Source: a virus
Lineage: Duplodnaviria; Caudoviricetes
Length of the DNA stretch: 56,171 bases
Virus record (IMG/VR): IMGVR_UViG_3300027782_000107
Span: 1 to 56,171 of that record
Direction: 5' to 3' (one strand)
Made by a program: the position numbers and the translations under genes
The notes under the pieces: generated by a model
Told to the model about the DNA's origin: nothing
Database searches by the model: none
Seen by the model: the letters and a program-made list of their open reading frames with translations, nothing else
Shown: one piece after another, positions 1 through 6,283 of the stretch
Position numbering within the stretch: the stretch's first letter is position 1
Layout: every line of letters begins with the position of its first letter

Positions 1-161
1 TCAACTTTAATAGCATCAGAAGATCCTTCAGGTTTTAATCCTTGCATCTTCTCCATCATCTGCTTCATTGAGCTGACATTTTCTAATGCGACTTTTTGTA
101 CATCTAGTAATGATTTAAAATCACTAGATGATACATGAACTTGAATTGGTGGTTTTGCCAT
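1..161 (-). CDS. Partial CDS running off the window edge; helical protein downstream of the gp51-like ORF, possibly tape measure/hub (gp29-like)
   Basis: ATG at 161-159 with GAGG upstream. Open to position 1, translated by hand: MAKPPIQVHVSSSDFKSLLDVQKVALENVSSMKQMMEKMQ... Not in the ORF track. Function inferred from position only. Confidence 0.55.
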   Translation of the reverse strand, partial: MAKPPIQVHVSSSDFKSLLDVQKVALENVSSMKQMMEKMQGLKPEGSSDAIKV

Positions 162-164
162 CTG

Positions 165-347
165 TTACATCCTCTTTTTGGATTCTATTCTTTTCTTTTC
201 TTCTTCAAGATACTGAATTAGCATAAAGACATACACTTCTCGTTCGAAGGGTATCATGTCTTCCAGCTCAGCCAAAGAGTATTTGTGGTACTGCATCATC
301 GCAAAATTCATTTTATAATAGTTCTCAAGCGATTCATGACTGAGCAA
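165..347 (-). CDS. gp51: Short baseplate hub assembly catalyst (gp51-like); probably the C-terminal extension of a frameshifted gp26-gp51 fusion
   Basis: Motif YYxMNFAMMQYHKYSLAELEDMIPFEREVY is typical of the short gp51 of environmental T4-like phages. The only upstream start is TTG with no SD at normal spacing. Confidence 0.8.
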   Translation of the reverse strand: MLSHESLENYYKMNFAMMQYHKYSLAELEDMIPFEREVYVFMLIQYLEEEKKRIESKKRM

Positions 348-349
348 TA

Positions 350-374
350 CTAAAAAAAACTTTGGAGTCCCTCC
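350..374 (-). promoter_or_regulatory. Putative -1 frameshift signal (internal SD, slippery U8 run, UAG)
   Basis: The minus strand reads CT GGAGG GACTCCAAAG TTTTTTTT AG TATTG. The -1 frame continues directly into the gp51-like ORF. Confidence 0.65.
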
Positions 375-1072
375 AGCATCTTAACATGGTGTCTATTACA
401 CACTGGACAATCGTATTGAATTTCTTTTCTAATCTTTGGCATAGTTTCAAAGAATTTTTGAACTCTTGCGAACTGCTCTGAAGATAGATTTTCAATAAAT
501 GCTAATAGTTCTTCTCTGGTACTTTCTTTAGCATAAAATAATTGTTCACCATCATAAATGTAATCAATAGATAAAGCCATAATATCAAAGACTGTATCTA
601 AGTCATTAACATCAAACCCTTCTAATTTTTTAATAACATCAACTGTAGGATACTTCATCACTACACCGACATTACCAAATAATTCGATCTTGTTGGTATG
701 ATCGTCACCTTTTTGAACTTGAATAGTAGACAAGTCAACAGTAACAGTGGCTTTAGCCTTTTCGTTCTGTTCACCATGATCCAAATCGCAAGCAAAAATT
801 AAATCAACAGTTTCACCAACAGATTTACCACGGATCTGAGTAAACATATACTCTAGATCGAATGTTGCTAGTTTTTCAACATCCAGTTTATCTTGTACGC
901 AAGACTTAACGACTTGCTTTAATGTTTCAATCATTGTTACAACATCTTCAGATTGCTGAGCAATCAAAAGTGCTTTTTCCTCTTTAACGAGGAATGGACG
1001 ATATTTTACTGTCGCTCCACTTGAAGGCACAACCAATGTATAGATTGGCGCATTCATCATAGGTAAAGCCAT
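350..1072 (-). CDS. gp26: Baseplate hub subunit/assembly protein (gp26-like)
   Basis: MALP...YRPFLVKEEKALLIA; FDLEYMFTQIRGKSVGE; C-terminal CPVC...LEGLQSFF; AAGGAG SD upstream. Confidence 0.88.
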   Translation of the reverse strand: MALPMMNAPIYTLVVPSSGATVKYRPFLVKEEKALLIAQQSEDVVTMIETLKQVVKSCVQDKLDVEKLATFDLEYMFTQIRGKSVGETVDLIFACDLDHGEQNEKAKATVTVDLSTIQVQKGDDHTNKIELFGNVGVVMKYPTVDVIKKLEGFDVNDLDTVFDIMALSIDYIYDGEQLFYAKESTREELLAFIENLSSEQFARVQKFFETMPKIRKEIQYDCPVCNRHHVKMLEGLQSFF

Positions 1073-1074
1073 AA

Positions 1075-1488
1075 TTATTCTCCTTTAGACATATTCTTAA
1101 TTAACTTATTCAACTCAGCAGTGCTACCTGTAAAGATAACATTGTTATTCGTCACTTCTTTTCTGGATCCCTCTTTAGGTGTATCTAGTTTTTGTTTCTG
1201 TTGGTGTAGATCTAATAACTGTTGGTTTATATCAGCCAACTGCTTCATTAGATTACCAACAACCTCAAATGCTCTTGGGTGTTCAGACTGCATAGCCACA
1301 TCAAGTGACTTCTGTAGTGCTTCCTGTCCCTGTTGCAATAATATACGAAGATTCCCTCGAGTGACATCGAAGTCATCTTGAATCTTATTTGTAGAGTCGT
1401 TAATAACTTCTCCCGTTTTTGTTATCACTTCAGTCTGCCCGATTGGTTGAATCCCAAATTCAGCAGATAATGTTTCATCAATTTTCAT
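1075..1488 (-). CDS. gp16: Terminase small subunit
   Basis: DFDVTRGNL...SEHPRAFEVVGNLMKQLAD...TNNNVIFTGSTAEL, the characteristic T4-like gp16 motifs. Confidence 0.9.
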   Translation of the reverse strand: MKIDETLSAEFGIQPIGQTEVITKTGEVINDSTNKIQDDFDVTRGNLRILLQQGQEALQKSLDVAMQSEHPRAFEVVGNLMKQLADINQQLLDLHQQKQKLDTPKEGSRKEVTNNNVIFTGSTAELNKLIKNMSKGE

Positions 1489-1502
1489 TATTTATCTCAT
1501 AG

Positions 1503-2258
1503 TTAGAATTTTAATAATCCTGGAAGTTTTGTGACTCCGTAAGATAAAGCAGAACCAGTCAAGAAGTTACCTGCTCTGGTACCAAGTGTATTGTTAAGAG
1601 TTTCTTGGAATCCGCTGAAATTCTGGGTCATTCTTTCCAGTAAATTAGTAGGAACTTTCTGACCATCAGCCAGCGGAGACTTAGGTGTTGCAATCCAATT
1701 TTTGTACTGCATACCAATGCTAATCTTCATAACATCTTTTGCGGCATAGTCCATCTGAATGGAACTAATAGTTTTAGGATAGCACTCAAACAAAGTTACG
1801 TCATAGCGAGTTTTATCATTGATATCTTGAACTTCAATACGCATATCAGCGATATATGTATTGTAATAGTTGTATGTTTTAGTCACTGGGTTTGAAATCA
1901 AATTGGACCAGTCATCAAACAACGATTTAACTTTCATATCTACGTCTACATAAAAAGACATGGTGATGTTGTCATATATCTTCTCATAAGGAACTTCACG
2001 GAACTCACCGAACATTCTATTTTGAGTAGTAGAGTAGTTTGTTCCTGGAATTTGAATTTGGTCACAGAACAATAAAATCTTTTGTAACTGTCCTGGATTG
2101 ATACCAGCTGGTGGAGTGAACATAACTGCATAGCGATTAGTTCTTGCCAGACCCCCAGATTTGATGTGAGAAATAAATTGGTTTATAGGTTTCTGCGCAC
2201 CAGTACCAGTGATTCTATCTGTTACATCTTTTGTGGAAAATGGTAAATTAAGTGCCAT
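1503..2258 (-). CDS. Tail tube-fold baseplate protein (gp54-like tube initiator, gp19 paralogue)
   Basis: GLARTNRYAV...LFCDQIQIPG...LFECYPKTISSIQMDY matches the gp19/gp54 family pattern; the true gp19 is at 55170. Confidence 0.72.
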   Translation of the reverse strand: MALNLPFSTKDVTDRITGTGAQKPINQFISHIKSGGLARTNRYAVMFTPPAGINPGQLQKILLFCDQIQIPGTNYSTTQNRMFGEFREVPYEKIYDNITMSFYVDVDMKVKSLFDDWSNLISNPVTKTYNYYNTYIADMRIEVQDINDKTRYDVTLFECYPKTISSIQMDYAAKDVMKISIGMQYKNWIATPKSPLADGQKVPTNLLERMTQNFSGFQETLNNTLGTRAGNFLTGSALSYGVTKLPGLLKF

Positions 2259-2259
2259 T

Positions 2260-2862
2260 TTATGCCCTTCTAATTATCTTGGTCGAGTCAGACCAGATTT
2301 CTTGTTTACTTGCTCCAACGAATCTTTCAACTGGGAGTAACATAGCTGTTGCCCAATCCGTTGAAGAAACTTGTCTAAATTGTGTTCTAACATGCCCAGT
2401 AAGATACTGTCTCACGCATGGTTGTGCTGCTGCGAATCTAGATACACCATCGATGAGTTGCCATGAGTACTTTAGTCTAGTGGTCTCATCCATCCTGCTA
2501 TTGCTTTTAAAAGCCATCAACTTATCAAGTAAACCGATTCTAAGTGGATACGGTAAATAATGCATATTTAAACCAATGAATCCATCTTCAGTTTTACCAA
2601 ATGGAAATACCAAAGGAAATCTATCGTAGTAAGGCAGTTCTTTCTTCATTTTTGGATCGTATACAAACATGTATAGTTTTCCAGGCATAATTCTAGTGAC
2701 TAATTGATCAGGATTACCATTCAACACTTTCGCTGGGGTGAGTTGTTGCTTAGTCAGCACAGTGACTTGTTGCTCGAACCAACCTTTAGACTTTCTGACT
2801 GCTGTCGTTAAGTCGTATTTATTGCGTTCAAATACATCGACCATTGATTGTGTTTTAGCCAT
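2260..2862 (-). CDS. gp2: DNA end protector protein
   Basis: PGKLYMFVYDPK.K..LPYYDRFPLVFP...GFIGLNMHYLP...W.TA..LPVERF; adjacent to gp4. Confidence 0.9.
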   Translation of the reverse strand: MAKTQSMVDVFERNKYDLTTAVRKSKGWFEQQVTVLTKQQLTPAKVLNGNPDQLVTRIMPGKLYMFVYDPKMKKELPYYDRFPLVFPFGKTEDGFIGLNMHYLPYPLRIGLLDKLMAFKSNSRMDETTRLKYSWQLIDGVSRFAAAQPCVRQYLTGHVRTQFRQVSSTDWATAMLLPVERFVGASKQEIWSDSTKIIRRA

Positions 2863-2866
2863 GTTA

Positions 2867-3298
2867 TTATTTAGGTGATAATCCTAACTCTTTCTCGGTA
2901 ATAATCTTAAATTCCCATCCTCGATCTCGAGCATATTCAATTGCAGCTTCCCACTTGGCTTGGTTTTTCATAAACGTAAGGGATTCTGTAATGTATCTTT
3001 GGGTTTGACGTCCTGGATAAATAGGAGGTTGGGTTTGCGCAGCTGGTTTTACTTCCACGATATAGGTTTTACCTGTGCTAACAGTTATCTTAAAGTCAAC
3101 AAAATAACGATGGATTCGGTTGTCAGTGGGACAACGATAAGGAATAACAGTTTCCTCCGAACTCCACTTCAGAACACTGGGGTTTTTATCGCACCAAGAG
3201 GCAAATCTAGTCTCCCAACTCGATCTCATGATGATGTTAGTTGGATCCCCTGTATACTTCTCAGGGAATATTGGGATAAACTTTCTCTTATGGAACAT
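2867..3298 (-). CDS. gp4: Head completion nuclease
   Basis: PEKYTGDPTNII.RSSWE...WCD.NP.V..WSSEE...HRYFVDF...EVKP...NQAKW; TnsA-like PD-(D/E)xK pattern. Confidence 0.93.
   Translation of the reverse strand: MFHKRKFIPIFPEKYTGDPTNIIMRSSWETRFASWCDKNPSVLKWSSEETVIPYRCPTDNRIHRYFVDFKITVSTGKTYIVEVKPAAQTQPPIYPGRQTQRYITESLTFMKNQAKWEAAIEYARDRGWEFKIITEKELGLSPK
2868..2875 (-). promoter_or_regulatory. T4-type late promoter (CCTAAATA) 5 nt before the gp2 ATG
   Basis: The minus strand reads CCTAAATA-ATAAC-ATG. Confidence 0.6.
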
Positions 3299-3332
3299 AA
3301 ATAACTAATTAGGATAATAACCACTATTTAGG
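3296..3332. promoter_or_regulatory. Face-to-face late promoters for the divergent gp4 and gp48 operons
   Basis: CATAAATA on + (3296-3303) and CCTAAATA on - (3332-3325). Confidence 0.6.
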
Positions 3333-3345
3333 TTAAAGGTACAAA

Positions 3346-4515
3346 ATGAGTATATTCACCGATGCTTATAACAAAGCTACAGACGCATTAAAAACTGCAG
3401 AAACTTTTGCAAAGAAACGGCTGGACGATTTAGGAAAGCCAGTTGGTTTAGATAATGTGAGCAGAAAAGGTGCAGGTTCTTTTAATACTGGACAATATCA
3501 AGTAAACAGCCATTCATATCCGACTGATCTTCTATCATCAGTGGGTAGTTATGGAGGTAACTATGTTATATTTTATATCAATGTGGCTGTTGATTCTAAA
3601 TTAAAAGGCAAACCTTATTCTGAAAATGACTTGGTAGCAGTTGCAGATGTACCACCAAGAGATCGTGGATCAATTGCAGCACTCAACTTAAATTCCACAC
3701 AACTTGCAGCAACTGTAACAGGTCTTGGCGCACTTCAAGGTGCTTTAGGTGGTGGTTTACTATCGGGTAATATAGCTGGTGCTGGTAAAGGTGCAGTTGT
3801 AGGTGGTGCAACAGGTGCTGTAGTTGGTACTGTAGTTGCCAACGAAGCAGCCACATCAAGTCGTGCTCAACGTAGATTAAAAACTGCCATTGCCATGCAT
3901 GTACCAAACCAGTTATCCATTCGTTATGGTGTAACATATGGTGAAGAAGATACTGGTAATTTTCAAATGGTTGCCTCTGTTGGTGGAGACATTATGAATG
4001 CTCTAAACAAAGGTGATATGAAGGGTCTTGGCGATAAAGCATCTGTTATCGCCACTAACTTAGCACTATCAAACGCACCAGGACAGATAGGTGCTGGTAT
4101 GTCTGCTGCGACTGGTCTAGCAGCAAATCCAAAGAAAGAACAATTGTTTAAGGGTGTTGATTTCAGAACATTTAGTTTTGATTATCAATTCTTTCCAAGA
4201 AGCCAAGACGAAGCTGCAAATGTACTAAAAATTATTAGAGAATTTAAATTTCACATGCATCCAGAGTTTAAAGACGCTGGTAATTTCTTATACATCTATC
4301 CTTCTGAGTTTGACATTTCTTACTATCAGAATGGTACAGAAAACTTAAATTTACATAAGCACACATCATGCGTTCTTCAAGAATTGAATGTAAACTATAC
4401 ACCAAATGGTTCTTTTACTACATTCCCGAATGGAATGCCTACACAGATTAATGTGACATTAGGATTTAAAGAACTTGCTCTACTCACCAAAGACAAAGTG
4501 GACGACGGACTATAA
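3346..4515 (+). CDS. gp48: Baseplate tail tube cap
   Basis: NPKKEQLFKGVDFRTFSFDYQFFPRS..EA..V..II..FKFHMHP...YPSEF...CVLQ...VNYTP...L.FKE. Confidence 0.9.
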   Translation: MSIFTDAYNKATDALKTAETFAKKRLDDLGKPVGLDNVSRKGAGSFNTGQYQVNSHSYPTDLLSSVGSYGGNYVIFYINVAVDSKLKGKPYSENDLVAVADVPPRDRGSIAALNLNSTQLAATVTGLGALQGALGGGLLSGNIAGAGKGAVVGGATGAVVGTVVANEAATSSRAQRRLKTAIAMHVPNQLSIRYGVTYGEEDTGNFQMVASVGGDIMNALNKGDMKGLGDKASVIATNLALSNAPGQIGAGMSAATGLAANPKKEQLFKGVDFRTFSFDYQFFPRSQDEAANVLKIIREFKFHMHPEFKDAGNFLYIYPSEFDISYYQNGTENLNLHKHTSCVLQELNVNYTPNGSFTTFPNGMPTQINVTLGFKELALLTKDKVDDGL

Positions 4516-5006
4516 TGTACTTCAAAGAATTCCCAAAATTTCAATACGACTTTGCATACGGAAATGATACAAAAGTTTCCGTTGTACAAGATATCACAAG
4601 AAATATTCGTTTCCGTAGAGACGTTCTTGCCAATGTATCACTTTACGATGAGTATGATATTATTGATGGAGAGACTCCAGAAATCATTGCTGAGAAAATT
4701 TACGGTAATCCTGAATACCATTGGGTCATTATGCTTGCCAATGAAAGACACGATTACATTACGGACTTTCCATTACCAGAATATGTATTAGAGAAATACA
4801 TTGTTGATAAGTATGGTGCAACTAGATATGCTATTCATCACTATGAGGACGTAAAGGGTTTTGTAGTTAATTCTGATGCAGCTGGAGCAACGTCTGTTTC
4901 TAATGATGATTACGAAAGAGATTTAAATGAAGCGAAAAGAAGAATCAAAATAATTTCTCCAGATTTGTTATCGATTATTTTAAAACAATATGAAGACTTG
5001 ATGTAA
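4515..5006 (+). CDS. gp53: Baseplate wedge subunit (LysM-like)
   Basis: MYFKEFP...YDIIDGETPE.IA.KIYG...YHWVIML.N...YE...NE.KR.IKI. Confidence 0.92.
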   Translation: MYFKEFPKFQYDFAYGNDTKVSVVQDITRNIRFRRDVLANVSLYDEYDIIDGETPEIIAEKIYGNPEYHWVIMLANERHDYITDFPLPEYVLEKYIVDKYGATRYAIHHYEDVKGFVVNSDAAGATSVSNDDYERDLNEAKRRIKIISPDLLSIILKQYEDLM

Positions 5007-6283
5007 TGAAAACCAGTACCCCGTTGAGATATGCTGGCGATGTCAGCATTAATAAAGTTCAGATAGTAACACCAATTGGATTTTATCAGGATATCACAGC
5101 ACAAGTTTTAACTATTCATTTTTACGAAGATCTTTTTGCTCCATTTATTACTGGAAGTATTGTTGTTAAAGAATCATTTGATTTAATTAATATGTTCCCA
5201 TTCGTTGGCGAAGAATATCTTGATTTAGATATAACAACTCCTACTTTAAAAGACTCTAAGATCAAAGGTAGATATTACATTTACAAACTAACTGATAGAG
5301 AACATCTTGGTGATAAGAATGTTGTTTACCAGATACATTTTATTTCAGCAGAATCTGTGGCTGATATGAATAAGAAAGTTAGTAAAACTTTCTCTGGAAA
5401 GATTTCAGATTTAGTTGAATCATTTATTAAAGATAAAAATTATGGTCTTGAAAGTGATAAAAAGATTGTTGTTGAACCAACAAACAATAGCGTAAAATAT
5501 ATTTCAAATTATTGGAGCCCAATAAAAAATCTTAACTATCTTACTGGCATTGCTGTCAATAAAAATAAAACTCCAAACTACGTATTTTTTGAAAACAGAG
5601 ATGGGTTTTACTTTGTTAGTTTAGAAAAATTATATCAAAATGTAGCCACATCTGAATTTGTTTATGACAAATATGTTCGTGATAAATTACCCGATGGTAG
5701 AGATGTCCGTAACGTAAATGAAGATTACAAACGTATTCTTGAGATAAGTGTTCCAGTTGCCCATGATTACATGGACAGACTTAGAAATGGTATGCTTGCG
5801 TCCAGACAGTTCTCTTACGATGTCACTAAGAAAACATACAATGTTAAAAACTACAATATGTTGGATCGTTTCAACGAGCAAAAACATCTAAACAAATTTC
5901 CGATAAATTCTAATAAAGTTATTTTTAGAAATAACTCTACAATGATCATTTATCCAAAAAACTATGGTAACTTTACTGGTTTCGGAGATGTCACTAATAC
6001 ACACTCAAATCAAGAAAGAATCTCTACATTAAAGCTGGCAGAAGCCAATAAGATTAACATTGTAGTTCCAGGTAGAACTGATTACACAGTTGGTCAAAAG
6101 ATTGGTATTGTTTTATACAGAGTTGAACCTGCAAGTAAGAAAGACCAAGACTTAACTGATAAAATGTTTTCTGGTTACTATCTAATTGGAGCAATCAACC
6201 ATGTTATTGATAAAGAGAAACATGAATGCCATATGGAATTGATTAAAGAATCATCACAGATGAATATGAATAGGAACAAATAA
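5006..6283 (+). CDS. Baseplate hub protein (gp27/gpD-like)
   Basis: Lies between gp53 and gp5. FYEDLFAPFITG; YVFFENRDGFYFVSLE; IVVPG...VGQ; SGYYLI.AINH are hub-fold signatures. Confidence 0.7.
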   Translation: MKTSTPLRYAGDVSINKVQIVTPIGFYQDITAQVLTIHFYEDLFAPFITGSIVVKESFDLINMFPFVGEEYLDLDITTPTLKDSKIKGRYYIYKLTDREHLGDKNVVYQIHFISAESVADMNKKVSKTFSGKISDLVESFIKDKNYGLESDKKIVVEPTNNSVKYISNYWSPIKNLNYLTGIAVNKNKTPNYVFFENRDGFYFVSLEKLYQNVATSEFVYDKYVRDKLPDGRDVRNVNEDYKRILEISVPVAHDYMDRLRNGMLASRQFSYDVTKKTYNVKNYNMLDRFNEQKHLNKFPINSNKVIFRNNSTMIIYPKNYGNFTGFGDVTNTHSNQERISTLKLAEANKINIVVPGRTDYTVGQKIGIVLYRVEPASKKDQDLTDKMFSGYYLIGAINHVIDKEKHECHMELIKESSQMNMNRNK

